A DNA stretch of 64,000 bases from Dehalococcoidia bacterium (GTDB taxonomy: Bacteria > Chloroflexota > Dehalococcoidia > Plut-88900), in the NCBI GenBank assembly GCA_965207225.1, contig CBDBLV010000005.1:2012974-2076973 (forward strand), in the 5' to 3' direction. The translations under genes were made by a program, and so were the position numbers. The notes beneath the pieces are model-generated. The model worked only from the letters and a program-made list of their open reading frames with translations. It searched no databases and had not been told where the DNA came from. Below, in pieces: positions 9,408-19,723 of this stretch. Position 1 is the first letter of the stretch. Each line of letters opens with the position of its first letter.

Positions 9408-10639
9408 CGCCCACCTCCCACCGCTGCCAACTCGTACACCTCCAGGGAGCGGCGCTCCACTTGGCCCACAGGGATCTGCACCGCCACGGCTTCCTTACGA
9501 GGACGATCATCGCCGCCGGGCAGTCCGTCCCACTGGCCCGGCAGTGTGAGGCGCTGACCGGTCCGCTGGGCTTGGGGATGCACCGCCAGCCGCACGTCGC
9601 CCGACCAGACCTCCACCGTACCGGCCCGCACACCCACCTGGACCGTCGAACCCGCCCAGCTCCAGGGCACGCCGTAGCGAGACCTCTCCCAGTGGACGTA
9701 GCCGTCCCTGGCCACCTTCCGCTCCTCCCGCATGTAGGGCGCAAGGCCCGAACGCGGCGGCAGGCTGCCCAGGTGGGCGAGCTCCTCAGCCAGCATCTCT
9801 CGGGGGACCCGGTGCGTCGTCCCATGGACTCGCCGATTGGCCACCGCATCGCACCACTCCAGGGCCTGGCGGTTCATGTCTGCGTCGTCGGTGAAGCGGA
9901 CACCGGGCCACAGGTTGCCCCGGACGTACTTCACGCCGCTCTCCACCTTGCCCTTCGTCTGCGCTCGGTAGGGTCGGCACAGACGGAGGTCGAAGCCCAT
10001 TCGCAGTGAGAAGTCCAGCATCCGGCTGTTCCACTCCGGCCTGCCCTCCCTGTCACGCCCCAGGACCACCACCTTGGCGTTGTCGTACAGGCAGCGGCGG
10101 GGAACACCACCGAAGTACTCGAAGGCGTTCAGATGGCACCTGATGAAGGTCGCCACGTCGGCGCGCCGGACGAACTCCACGTAGATGGTCCGAGACCAGC
10201 TCAGCACCATCACGAAGGCCCAGACCCGGTGCTTGCGCCCGTCCTCTCCGACATAGGCGAAGCTGCCCCAGTCCACCTGTGCCTGCTCGCCTGGCGCCGT
10301 CTCGAACCGCACCGTCGCACGGGGCTGACGCGGCCGACGCCGAGGCCGCACGTAGTTGGTCAGCGTCGGATAGCTGCCGTCGTAGCCCAACTCCCGGATC
10401 TCCCGCAGCAGCACCACGCAGTTGTCCACTCCCGCCGACAGCCGACCATCTATGTGACCCTTGTATGGGTCCAGCTTCGACCCCTGCTTCTCTCGCCGCT
10501 TGGCCTTGGGCACCTCGTCGGAGCGCACGTACTTGCGCACGGTGTTCCGGGAAATCCCCAACTCCCTCGATATCCCTCGGATCGAGCTTCCATCGCCCTT
10601 CAACTCGTATAACTCTCTCACTAACCCACCTCCTATCAT
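9404..10639 (-). CDS. istA: IS21 transposase
   Basis: RFETAPGEQAQVDWG, YDNAK, KGKVE. Confidence 0.95.
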   Translation of the reverse strand: MIGGGLVRELYELKGDGSSIRGISRELGISRNTVRKYVRSDEVPKAKRREKQGSKLDPYKGHIDGRLSAGVDNCVVLLREIRELGYDGSYPTLTNYVRPRRRPRQPRATVRFETAPGEQAQVDWGSFAYVGEDGRKHRVWAFVMVLSWSRTIYVEFVRRADVATFIRCHLNAFEYFGGVPRRCLYDNAKVVVLGRDREGRPEWNSRMLDFSLRMGFDLRLCRPYRAQTKGKVESGVKYVRGNLWPGVRFTDDADMNRQALEWCDAVANRRVHGTTHRVPREMLAEELAHLGSLPPRSGLAPYMREERKVARDGYVHWERSRYGVPWSWAGSTVQVGVRAGTVEVWSGDVRLAVHPQAQRTGQRLTLPGQWDGLPGGDDRPRKEAVAVQIPVGQVERRSLEVYELAAVGGGR

Positions 10640-11795
10640 TTGACTTGCTGCACCTCCTAATCGGTTTCCCGACGAAGATGCGTCCGCTATCGGGGTGGGT
10701 CAATTCCAAATTAGCGCTACTGGGTCAGTTTAGAGTTAGCACTAACACAACGCCAACACGGCAGTCCTCGCACGGTCGGGCAGCGGCAAGTCTTTCGCAA
10801 CCAAGCTCGGAGTGCTCAGGGGATTGACGCGCGGCGTCACCGCCTACGTCATCGACCCTGAAGGGGAGTACGCGGACATGGCTCGCGCCGCCGGAGGCAG
10901 GGTGCTGTCTCCCGGAGTGGAAGGCCAGGGCATGAACCCTTTCGTCATCGACCGGGGAGACGACGAGGAGCTGCTCCAGAGGATCGGGAGCCTGAGAAGG
11001 CTCATCGAGGTGATGGTGGGTGAGAGTCTCGGAGCGGAGCGCAGGGCCTCCCTGGACCACGCCCTGGCGGGCTACTACGCCCAGCACCGCGAACGCACAG
11101 GCTTCCGCGATTTCTACAAATACCTGGAAGGGCAGGCCCCGGACATAGCCCACCTGCTGAGGCCCTTCGCCACCGGCAGCCTCCGCAACCTCCTCTCCGA
11201 CGAGGGGGACGACCTGCTGGGGAGCGAAGCACTCGTCACCGTCTTCGACCTGCGTCTCCTCGAACCGGAGCTTAGGCCCGCAGCGGCGATGGTCTGCACC
11301 GAGACGGTGTGGGCGGCGGCCGCCCAGAACCCCAAGCCGAGGCTGCTGGTGGTGGACGAGGTGTGGAGCATCATGCAGCACCCCGAGGGCGCGGCCTTCA
11401 TGGTGTCTATGGCGAAACGCGCCAGGAAACACCGGCTGGGGCTTCAGTTCATCACCCAGGACGTCCAGGACCTTTTGTCCGAGGACTCGTCGAGGACCAT
11501 CACCGGCCATTCGGGGAGGGCGCTTCTCCAGAACGCCGCCTTCAAGCTGCTGTTGCAGCAGGACGCGGCGGCCATAGGCACCGTGGGCGACGCGTTCGAC
11601 CTGCCCGAAGACCTCCAGCGCTGGCTGCTGTCGTGTCCCCGTGGGGACGGACTGTTGCTGGCGAAGGGACACCGCTTCCCCGTCCGCATCGAGGCCACCC
11701 CGGAGGAAACGGAGGTCATCAAGTGGAGACCGGGCGGACACCGACAGAGAGGCGAGAACGCAGAAGAGACCCATACGTAGGGAGGAGTAACAGAA

Positions 11796-14327
11796 ATGAA
11801 ACAGAACCCGATACGCAAACTATTTGGAAGCGACGACAAGACCCCGGCGCTGCTTGCGGTGACGCCGCCGAGGACGGGCGAGCGGACGTTGCTGGGCGTG
11901 GAGAACCTCCTCCAGTCAATCGCGGTGCCTGAGCCCTTCTCTTTGGAGCTTGCCGGGGACATGGACGGCGTGACGCTGATGGCCCGGTGCATCGACGACC
12001 GGGTGGTACGCGGCCAGATCGCCGCCCACTACCCCCAGGCCAGGATAGAGAAGGTGGACCCAAACAACGATCCCTTGCGCCTGGGAGACGGCGAGCAGGC
12101 GTGGTCGATGACGCTCAGGGCCGACGGCCCCGAGTACGTCCCCCTGCGCACCTTCCGGGACGACGACCTCCTCGACCCCGGCTCCGACCCTCTGATCGCC
12201 CTCATGGGCGCGCTGTCGTCCCTCTACGAGGGGGAGCGCGTGGTGGCTCAACTCAAGCTGAACTCCCTCGGCCCCGACTGGTCCCAGCACCACATGGAGA
12301 AGGCCCACAAGCGGCCCGGCCAGGAGCAGCGGGAGCCGTCCTACACCTACCAAACCAAGCCCCTCCAGATGGACGGGGTGACCATGGCCGTCCTCGGCGT
12401 CGGCGCTCTCGCAGCCCTCCAAGGCTACCTGTGGGTGCAGGACGGCGAGACGTGGAAGACGGTGCTGCTTGGCATCGGAACGGCCCTGGGGCTTGGCATC
12501 GGTGGCTGGGCATGGCACCGCTTCAAGAAGGCGAGGAACCGGGTCGAAGACCCCCTGCTCATCAGGGAGAAGGTCTCCCGCATCGCCTTCGACGCCGAGA
12601 TACGGGTCACGGCGATCATGCCGGACGACACGGGGCGCGAGCGGACCGAGGAGCTCATGAGGAGGGTTGCCGCCGCCTACCGGCACTTCGACAACCCGGC
12701 AGGGGCGAGGTTCAAGGTGAGCAAGGTAAGGCCCGTCGCTCCCGCCCCGGAGAACCTGCATCCCACAGGCCCCGGCCTGTTCGGCAGGCGCAGCGTCCTG
12801 GGGGTGCGGGAGGCCGCCTGCCTCTGGCACCCGCCGGGAGCGGGGAACGAGACGCCGTTGGTGGAGCGGTCTGGCGCGCGGGCGCTCAGCCCGTCGGCGA
12901 AGGGAGTCAGGGGCGGTGCGCTGGTGGGCGACACCACGGCGGGTACCAAGAGGGAGATCAGATTCCCCGACGACCTGCTGCGCCGTCACCACCTCTACGT
13001 GGCCCGCACCCGCATGGGCAAGTCCACGCTGATGCACCACGTGGTCGCCCACAAGATGCGGGAGAAGGCGGCGGGCAGGGACGAAGACGCCATCGTCGTC
13101 ATCGACCCCCACACCGACCTGGTGGCGGGCATCCTCGAACACGTCCCGAAGGAGATAGCCGACAGGGTGAGGCTGATAGACCTGTCGGACGCGAGCCGTT
13201 CCCCCGGCGTCAATCTGCTGGACACCCGCATATTCGCAGACCGCGACCGCACCGCCGACTCGGTGGTGCGGGTGGCCAAGGGCCTCTGGGACCAGTGGGG
13301 GCCGAGGATGCAGTCGATCCTGGAACAGACCGTCAAGACGCTGCACGAGGCCAACGAGCAGATGGAGGCCGAGCAGCAGTACACCATCCTCGACGGCCTG
13401 AAGCTGCTCTCGGACGATGAGTTCGCCAAGCAGGTGCGCAAGAGGGTCTCCGACCCCTACCTGCTGGAGTGGTGGGCCAGGGACTTCGGCAAGTGGGGCC
13501 GCCAGTACAAGGCGGAGGCCCTGGCCCCCGTCCAGACCCGTCTCTCCTACTACGCGTCCTCCAAGCGGGCGAGGGCCATCCTCGGGCAGCGCCGCTCCAC
13601 CATCGACCTGAGAAGGACCATCCACGACGGCGGCGTGCTGCTGGTCTCCACCTCCCAGGGAACGGTGGGCAGGGACGTGGCCGCCCTGGTGGGCGCGTCG
13701 CTCCTGAACCTGGTGGACGCCGTGATACGGGAGCAGGGAAGTCTATCTCTCAGGGAACGTCGCGGCGCGCTGGTCGTCGTGGACGAGATGCAGTCCATGC
13801 CCGGCGTGGACTACGAGTCGATGTTGTCGGAGCTTGGGAAGTTCGGAGCGTCCTTCGTGCTGGCGACCCAGAGCCTGGCCAAGCTGGACGACCTCTCCCG
13901 CACCATGCGCGACACCATCCTCGCCAACGTGGGGTGCCTCGCCGTCTTCCAGGTGGCCGGCTCAGACGCCAGGACCCTGGTGTGGGAGCTTGGCAAGGAC
14001 CGGGTGTCCGAGGACGACATCGTGTCCCTGCCCGTGCACCACTGCTACGTCCGCGCCACCGTGGGCACCGAGCGGATGCCCGCCTTCTCGATGGAGGTGC
14101 GCAAGCCTGAGGAAGGAGACCCATCGGTCGCCGACCGCATACGTGCAGCTACGCAAGGCTACACCGTCTCGGCCCGCCAGGGAGACTACGCCGACGCCGA
14201 GGGCCACGAGAAGGTGGACGAATTTCACAAAGGCGTCGAGGCATTGGAGCAGGCCGAACGGGAGGAGAACGACGAGCAGGCGACCGAGAACCACACCGAC
14301 GAAGAGGACGAGGAGGTCGGAGAATGA
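11796..14327 (+). CDS. virD4: Type IV coupling protein (VirD4/TraD-like)
   Basis: ARTRMGKS Walker A, VIDPH, VVDEMQ, LATQS; two internal TM. Confidence 0.85.
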   Translation: MKQNPIRKLFGSDDKTPALLAVTPPRTGERTLLGVENLLQSIAVPEPFSLELAGDMDGVTLMARCIDDRVVRGQIAAHYPQARIEKVDPNNDPLRLGDGEQAWSMTLRADGPEYVPLRTFRDDDLLDPGSDPLIALMGALSSLYEGERVVAQLKLNSLGPDWSQHHMEKAHKRPGQEQREPSYTYQTKPLQMDGVTMAVLGVGALAALQGYLWVQDGETWKTVLLGIGTALGLGIGGWAWHRFKKARNRVEDPLLIREKVSRIAFDAEIRVTAIMPDDTGRERTEELMRRVAAAYRHFDNPAGARFKVSKVRPVAPAPENLHPTGPGLFGRRSVLGVREAACLWHPPGAGNETPLVERSGARALSPSAKGVRGGALVGDTTAGTKREIRFPDDLLRRHHLYVARTRMGKSTLMHHVVAHKMREKAAGRDEDAIVVIDPHTDLVAGILEHVPKEIADRVRLIDLSDASRSPGVNLLDTRIFADRDRTADSVVRVAKGLWDQWGPRMQSILEQTVKTLHEANEQMEAEQQYTILDGLKLLSDDEFAKQVRKRVSDPYLLEWWARDFGKWGRQYKAEALAPVQTRLSYYASSKRARAILGQRRSTIDLRRTIHDGGVLLVSTSQGTVGRDVAALVGASLLNLVDAVIREQGSLSLRERRGALVVVDEMQSMPGVDYESMLSELGKFGASFVLATQSLAKLDDLSRTMRDTILANVGCLAVFQVAGSDARTLVWELGKDRVSEDDIVSLPVHHCYVRATVGTERMPAFSMEVRKPEEGDPSVADRIRAATQGYTVSARQGDYADAEGHEKVDEFHKGVEALEQAEREENDEQATENHTDEEDEEVGE

Positions 14328-15985
14328 GACCCGCGGGACTGGAAGCTCAGATCATCCGCATCCTGGCCGACATGCCCTACCTCAATCGCCGGGAGATGGT
14401 CCCGGTCACGGGCCGGTCCAAGGGCGCGGTCCACGAGGCCGTAGAGAGACTGCAAAATGGCGGCCTCTGCGACTCCGTGCTCCACGCCGTCGATCCCTTT
14501 TCCCCTTCCCGCAGGTTCCACCTCACCGGGGCGGGGCTGCGCAGGCTTGCAGATGAGGACGGGATTTCGCCGGACAACCTGGTGCGTACACACCCCCTCT
14601 CCGCCGAGTGGCGGCGAAGCCTGATGGAGCGCATGGACGCCCTGGCTTCCATATACCACGTCGCATCTCTCGCTTCCGACGTTGCCTACCCCCTGCGTTT
14701 CCGCTGGTACCGCTCATCCAAGCTGGACGCGGGTATAGAACTTCCCGACGGCAGGACCGTCGGCATCGTGAGGCAGGGACTCACCGCCGACCGCTCGGTC
14801 TTCGCCCAGCGCCTCTGGCGACTGAAGGACGAACCCATGCCCGGAGTCGTCCTCGTCCTCACGATGGACGCCGTCCGTCTCAGGCACGCCCGCAGGATGC
14901 TCTCGACCACAGACGTTCCGTCCCTCCTGGCCGTCGAACGCGAGACGGTCATGGCCGACGTAGACGCCCCGATCTGGACTCCGGCCCAGGTCCACGCAGC
15001 CGTGAGCCTGCGCTATTCGTTGGACAGGACCGACCCCCGCGGCGCGTTTCCGGGGGAGCCGCAGCCCGGACTGGCGTCGGTCCCTGCCGACCTGCCCGTC
15101 ATGGGAACGGTAGCCGACATGGCCGACCACATGCTGCCCGTGACGCTCAGACCCGCCGAGAAGCGCGCCCTCGACCTGGTTTTCGACTGGCCCTGGATCG
15201 CCCTCGGCGAACTCGCCGGTCTGTTGGGCGTCTCGCCCCAGAGGGCTTCCCAGATCGTCAATCCACTGGAGGGCTTCAGCCTCGTCGTCAGGCCCCGCGA
15301 AGCGGAGGGACGGCTGGCCCTCACCGACCGGGGACTGGCCCTCCTCGCCCGCAGGGACAGGACCTCGGTGGCGGCGGCGAGGAGGAGATTGAGCGTCGCC
15401 CCGGAGGACGCCAAAGGGCCTTTCGAGTGGCGCAACCTCACCGGCAGCAGGAGCCGCCAGCTTCTCAGGAACATCGAGCACACCGAGGCCGTCCACGTCT
15501 TCCTGTCCGCGCTTGCGGCCCAGGCCCGGCACCTGGGCTGGGAGATAGCGCAGCTCGACCCGCCCAGGAGGGCGTCCCGCCACTTCCGCCACGACGAACG
15601 GATGCGCGCCGTCTACCCCGACGCCTTCGGCGTCCTGCGCAGGGGCGAAGAGACGTGGGCCTTCTTCCTGGAGTGGGAGCGAAGGGCCGTTCGGCCCTCG
15701 ACGATGGCGACGCGGCTCGCCCCCTATCTGCGCTACTACTCGTCCCACAGGCCCACCGACGACCACGGGGCCAGACCCGCCGTTCTCATCGTCTTCGACG
15801 ACGACATCGCCGCCACCCACTTCCTGCGCGTGGCGAGGGAGCGGATGCAGGCCAGCCGGGTCACGGTCCCCCTGTGGGTCTCCCACAAAGAAGCCATCGA
15901 CTCCCTGGGACCGCTGGGACGCGCCTGGCGCACCCCGGACGCCGCCTGGGAGCCGCCCCAGTCCCTGCCGACGGAAGCGAAATGA
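14324..15985 (+). CDS. Replication-relaxation family relaxase with duplicated architecture
   Basis: YPDAFG...FFLEWER motif after a wHTH; degenerate N-terminal repeat; downstream of the coupling protein. Confidence 0.75.
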   Translation: MRPAGLEAQIIRILADMPYLNRREMVPVTGRSKGAVHEAVERLQNGGLCDSVLHAVDPFSPSRRFHLTGAGLRRLADEDGISPDNLVRTHPLSAEWRRSLMERMDALASIYHVASLASDVAYPLRFRWYRSSKLDAGIELPDGRTVGIVRQGLTADRSVFAQRLWRLKDEPMPGVVLVLTMDAVRLRHARRMLSTTDVPSLLAVERETVMADVDAPIWTPAQVHAAVSLRYSLDRTDPRGAFPGEPQPGLASVPADLPVMGTVADMADHMLPVTLRPAEKRALDLVFDWPWIALGELAGLLGVSPQRASQIVNPLEGFSLVVRPREAEGRLALTDRGLALLARRDRTSVAAARRRLSVAPEDAKGPFEWRNLTGSRSRQLLRNIEHTEAVHVFLSALAAQARHLGWEIAQLDPPRRASRHFRHDERMRAVYPDAFGVLRRGEETWAFFLEWERRAVRPSTMATRLAPYLRYYSSHRPTDDHGARPAVLIVFDDDIAATHFLRVARERMQASRVTVPLWVSHKEAIDSLGPLGRAWRTPDAAWEPPQSLPTEAK

Positions 15986-16307
15986 ACGACGCAGGGAGCG
16001 TCGCGAAAACTCCCGCTCAATACCCGATAGGAGATGGAAAGCCGATGCGTTCACCGGATAACGATATAGCAAGAGGCCCCCGGAGGAGCGGAGGACGGAG
16101 CGCCGTCCGGCTCGACGCGGCGGCCCTGGGAGACGGCTCACTTCGGTGATCACCTCCCGGAACCGGCCCGCCGGGGTCGATACAGACAGACCCGGTCCCA
16201 TGTCGAAGTCGGCGCGTGGGGAGCGACCGCCCTCCGGTCGCATCCGCCGCCGGATGCACATGGCCTTGGGAACAACAACCCAAAGCTTTATGACATGGAG
16301 GATAGAC

Positions 16308-16598
16308 ATGACCAACATCGATCACATCGACGGATGGAGCGAGATGGAGCCCCTTCAGGGCGCCGACATGCCCGAGGACTTCCCCCAGCGGCTCGTGCGC
16401 CTCAAGGAGGCCAGCGGCCTCTCCTGGCGCGGCCTGTGCAGGGTCACCGGCATCGACTACAAGCTGCTGCGAAGGTGGCTCAAGGGCTGGGCGCCCAGCG
16501 GAGGCTCCATGCTCACCCTGGTCATCTTCGCCAACCGCATCGGATGCCTTCCGATCCTCCTGGGGGAGGAGCTACGGATGACCCACTTCAGGAGCTAG
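16308..16598 (+). CDS. XRE-family HTH protein
   Basis: FPQRLVRLKEASGLSWRGLCR; GGAGG RBS. Confidence 0.75.
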   Translation: MTNIDHIDGWSEMEPLQGADMPEDFPQRLVRLKEASGLSWRGLCRVTGIDYKLLRRWLKGWAPSGGSMLTLVIFANRIGCLPILLGEELRMTHFRS

Positions 16599-16764
16599 CC
16601 GGCACCCCCCGCCGGCGCCCTAACCGGCGCATCGGCGGCGCGGCGGGGTAGGACACCACAACGCCGCCGGGCGCTCGCACCCATCCGTCCGTGCCCGGCG
16701 GCCACCCAATACACCTGTAACGAGAGGCCAGCGGCCCAACGAACCGCCGCTGAGATTAGGCAAC

Positions 16765-16983
16765 ATGAAAGACACCAATAGAGAAGATACGAGGAACCGG
16801 CAAAAGAAGAGGCCGGGGAGGGATGCTCCCGAGTCATCCTCCGACAGGCCGGTGGAGTCCTATACTCCTCAGCAGCGGAGGACGATACGCAAGGGGCTGC
16901 GCATCCTGGCCAAGGTCGCCGTCCGCGCCCACATGCGCAGGAACGCGGCTCACTCAGAGGATGACGGCGAGGGCAGGCGGTGA
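16765..16983 (+). CDS. Small basic protein (possible recombination accessory factor)
   Basis: 72 aa ORF upstream of the TA pair and integrase; function inferred from position only. Confidence 0.5.
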   Translation: MKDTNREDTRNRQKKRPGRDAPESSSDRPVESYTPQQRRTIRKGLRILAKVAVRAHMRRNAAHSEDDGEGRR

Positions 16984-17079
16984 ACGTCCCGCCCAACCTT
17001 GTCCCCGGCAGACTCGTTGGAGATGGCCGCGTGAAGCTAGCATCTTGGCATAGCACGAAAGCCGTGCTATTATGTACTT

Positions 17080-17373
17080 ATGATTGTCTCATTCAGAGAC
17101 GGCGGTACAGAGGACATCTTCAACGGGCAATCCACTCAAGCGGCCCTGCGGGCATGTCCCATGCCGATATGGGGAGTGGCTCATCGAAAGCTTGACCAGA
17201 TCGATTCCGCCTCCGTTCTGGGAGACCTCAGAATACCTCCCGGCAACCGCCTGGAACGGCTGGCCGGAGATCGAAGCGGGCAACACAGTATTCGCGTCAA
17301 CGACAGGTATCGAATCTGCTTCACGTGGACACCTGCCGGACCCGCCGACGTCGAAATCACCGACTATCACTGA
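17080..17373 (+). CDS. higB: HigB/RelE-family toxin
   Basis: LRIPPGNRLERLAGDRSGQHSIRVNDRYRICF. Confidence 0.92.
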   Translation: MIVSFRDGGTEDIFNGQSTQAALRACPMPIWGVAHRKLDQIDSASVLGDLRIPPGNRLERLAGDRSGQHSIRVNDRYRICFTWTPAGPADVEITDYH

Positions 17374-17387
17374 AGAGGAGAATGAGC

Positions 17388-17747
17388 ATGGTACGCATTC
17401 CCACCGATCGAGAGCCTACGCATCCGGGCGAGATGCTTCTGACGGAGTTCCTGCTGCCCCTCGGAATGACTCAGCGCGACCTGTCCAATGCCATTCACGT
17501 GCCCTATCAGAGGGTCAACGAAGTCGTCCGAGGGAAGCGGGGGGTCACGCCAAGCACCGCCCTGAGGCTCTCTAGGTTCTTCGGCACTTCGCCCGGCTTT
17601 TGGATGAACCTGCAACTCCGTTGGGACCTCTACCACGCCGAGCGTTCCGAGGCTGAACAGATCGAGGGCATCCTTCCGCGTGAAATGGTCAGCGCGCTTG
17701 GGGAAGACACGGGTTCGATGACGACGATGCCGGGTGTTGCAGGCTAG
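17388..17747 (+). CDS. higA: HigA antitoxin
   Basis: PTHPGEML...FWMNLQLRWDL. Confidence 0.92.
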   Translation: MVRIPTDREPTHPGEMLLTEFLLPLGMTQRDLSNAIHVPYQRVNEVVRGKRGVTPSTALRLSRFFGTSPGFWMNLQLRWDLYHAERSEAEQIEGILPREMVSALGEDTGSMTTMPGVAG

Positions 17748-17791
17748 TAGTGGCCCACGGGAACGACAGGAAACAGGAGGAGGACTCACAG

Positions 17792-19723
17792 ATGAACAAT
17801 AGAAGCGACTACACCCCCGTGGCCCTCTACGCCAGGGTCTCCAGCGACAGACAGGACGTGGACCTGTCCGTGGCCGCACAGCTGCGGGCGCTCAGGGAAT
17901 ACGCCCATAAGAACGACTACGTGGTCGTCCGCGAGTACGTGGACGAGGCCGAGAGCGGGCGCGTCGCCGACCGCCCGGAGTTCCGCAAGATGATCGACGA
18001 GGCCGCCAAGCCCGAGGCCCCGTTTAGAGAAATCCTTGTCTGGAAATTTAGTAGATTCACCAGAAAGCGCGAGCACGCCGTCGCCTTCAAGTCCATGCTC
18101 AGGCGAAAAGGCGTCCGCGTCGTCTCCATCACCGAGCAGGCCGACGACACCGCCACCGGCAGGCTCCTTGAGGGAATCATCGAGTCGGTCGATGAGTTTT
18201 ACTCGGAAAATCTTGCGGAAGAGGTTCGCCGTGGGATGCGGGAGGCCGCTTCCAGAGGCTTCTGGGTCGCCAGCCGGACGCCCTACGGCTACAACCGCGT
18301 CATGGTGCAGGACGGAGCCAAGAAGCGGCCCACACTGGAGATCGACCCTGACACTGCTCCCGTCGTCAAGCGCATCTTCGACATGGCCGAGTCGGCCACC
18401 GGGATGACCGAAATCACCCGCACACTCAACTCAGAGGGCATCGCCAGCGCCACCGGCAAGCTCTGGTCCAAGAACGGCGTCCACTTCATCCTCAGAAACG
18501 AGGTCTACACGGGCACGCTGCTCTGGGGCACTACAGGGAAGGTCAAGTCCGACCCCGTACGCATAGAGAAGGCGTTCCCCGCCGTCGTCTCCAAGGCCCA
18601 ATTCAACCGCGTCAAGCGGCTCATGCGCTCCCGCGCGCCGAAGAGGACGCACCCTCGCAGGGTGGGAAGCTCCTACCTGCTCAGCGGGCTGGTCAGGTGC
18701 AAGTCCTGCAACAGGGCGCTCTCAGGCCAGGACGCCAAGAGCGGCCAGTTCGCCTACTACGTCTGCCAGTCCATCATGAAGCGGGGCAAGAACGCTTGCA
18801 CGACCCCCAGGCTCAACGCACGACGCTTCGAGGAGATGGTGGTGGAGAGGATACGGGAGAACGTCCTCACCGAGTCCAACATCACCGAACTGGTCAAGAT
18901 CGTGGACGAGGAGATGGATGGGGTGGCAGCGGAGCAGCGGCAGAAGCTGGAGACCATCGAGGCCGAGCTTGATGAGGTCAAGCGCAAGCTGGGCCGCGTC
19001 TGGCACCTGGTGGAGAACACCGACCTCGACATGGCCGACGCCTCGGAACGCATCAGGGAGCACCGGGAGCGTCAACAGTGCCTTGAGGACTCGGCGGCCG
19101 AGGCCAGGACCATCCTCTCCCAGCGCAGGGAGGTTTTGGACGACGTGGAAACCATCGCCACCTATGCCCAGGACATGAGCGAGTTCCTGAAGGAGAGCGA
19201 ACTGACCGAGCGCAGGGCCTTCATCGAGTCTTTCGTCAAGGAGATCGTCGTCATGCCCGACAACGCCCTCCTCCGGTACACCATCCCCATGCCTCAGGAT
19301 GGACCGGTAGGAGGGAAAACCGCCGAGGAGATGGACCTGAACGGCTCGGTTCTGTCTACCGTCAAAAATGGTGGGCCGGACTGGACGAAATCAAGAACCG
19401 ATGCCGACTCCCGCCTCACTCCGTCCCTGGGCATGGGCACCGTGTACGTCAGCGTCGCCTCGTCTTCCACCACCTCGATAGCCTCCACGAAGTTGCGGAT
19501 GAGGGCCTTGCGTTCGGGGATCGTCCCCTCCCTCAGGAACTCCCGGAAGTCCGCCACGTACTCCGCTATCTCCTCCGTGTCGGGAAGGGCAACCCGCCGC
19601 CGCTCAAGCTGGGTCTCGGCGTCCTCTCTCGCAGCCTCAAGCTGCTCCTCACGGTGCCGCAGGGACATGATGCGGGGCGACAGCACCTCCAAGGTCAGGT
19701 CGCTGGTCTCGATGGCCTCGTAG
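17792..19723 (+). CDS. Large serine recombinase A; residues after ~19374 are read-through into the antisense of integrase B
   Basis: YARVSS catalytic motif, recombinase domain, LLSGLVRCKSC Zn ribbon, coiled coil. Confidence 0.93.
   Translation: MNNRSDYTPVALYARVSSDRQDVDLSVAAQLRALREYAHKNDYVVVREYVDEAESGRVADRPEFRKMIDEAAKPEAPFREILVWKFSRFTRKREHAVAFKSMLRRKGVRVVSITEQADDTATGRLLEGIIESVDEFYSENLAEEVRRGMREAASRGFWVASRTPYGYNRVMVQDGAKKRPTLEIDPDTAPVVKRIFDMAESATGMTEITRTLNSEGIASATGKLWSKNGVHFILRNEVYTGTLLWGTTGKVKSDPVRIEKAFPAVVSKAQFNRVKRLMRSRAPKRTHPRRVGSSYLLSGLVRCKSCNRALSGQDAKSGQFAYYVCQSIMKRGKNACTTPRLNARRFEEMVVERIRENVLTESNITELVKIVDEEMDGVAAEQRQKLETIEAELDEVKRKLGRVWHLVENTDLDMADASERIREHRERQQCLEDSAAEARTILSQRREVLDDVETIATYAQDMSEFLKESELTERRAFIESFVKEIVVMPDNALLRYTIPMPQDGPVGGKTAEEMDLNGSVLSTVKNGGPDWTKSRTDADSRLTPSLGMGTVYVSVASSSTTSIASTKLRMRALRSGIVPSLRNSRKSATYSAISSVSGRATRRRSSWVSASSLAASSCSSRCRRDMMRGDSTSKVRSLVSMAS

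Larger units (their letters stand above)
8502..10747 (-). mobile_element. IS21-family element, copy 1
   Basis: TGT...ACA ends with repeated GCTAA-N-TGACCC motifs; 4 bp target duplication CAAC. Confidence 0.95.
7236..11780 (+). pseudogene. virB4: VirB4 ATPase interrupted by IS21
   Basis: Removing 8502-10751 restores HLN-ANTAVLARSGSGKS (Walker A); LLVVDEVW Walker B in the 3' half. Confidence 0.9.
1..19374. mobile_element. ICE A (right part; left end outside window)
   Basis: T4SS genes, coupling protein, relaxase, TA pair and serine integrase, ending at an att arm with central GG at 19373-19374. Confidence 0.85.

Noticed and set aside
11916-16318. Long overlapping alternative-frame and antisense ORFs
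   Set aside because: High-GC shadow frames of virD4 and the relaxase
19375-19723. Novel C-terminal domain of integrase A
   Set aside because: It is the antisense of integrase B, created by the junction
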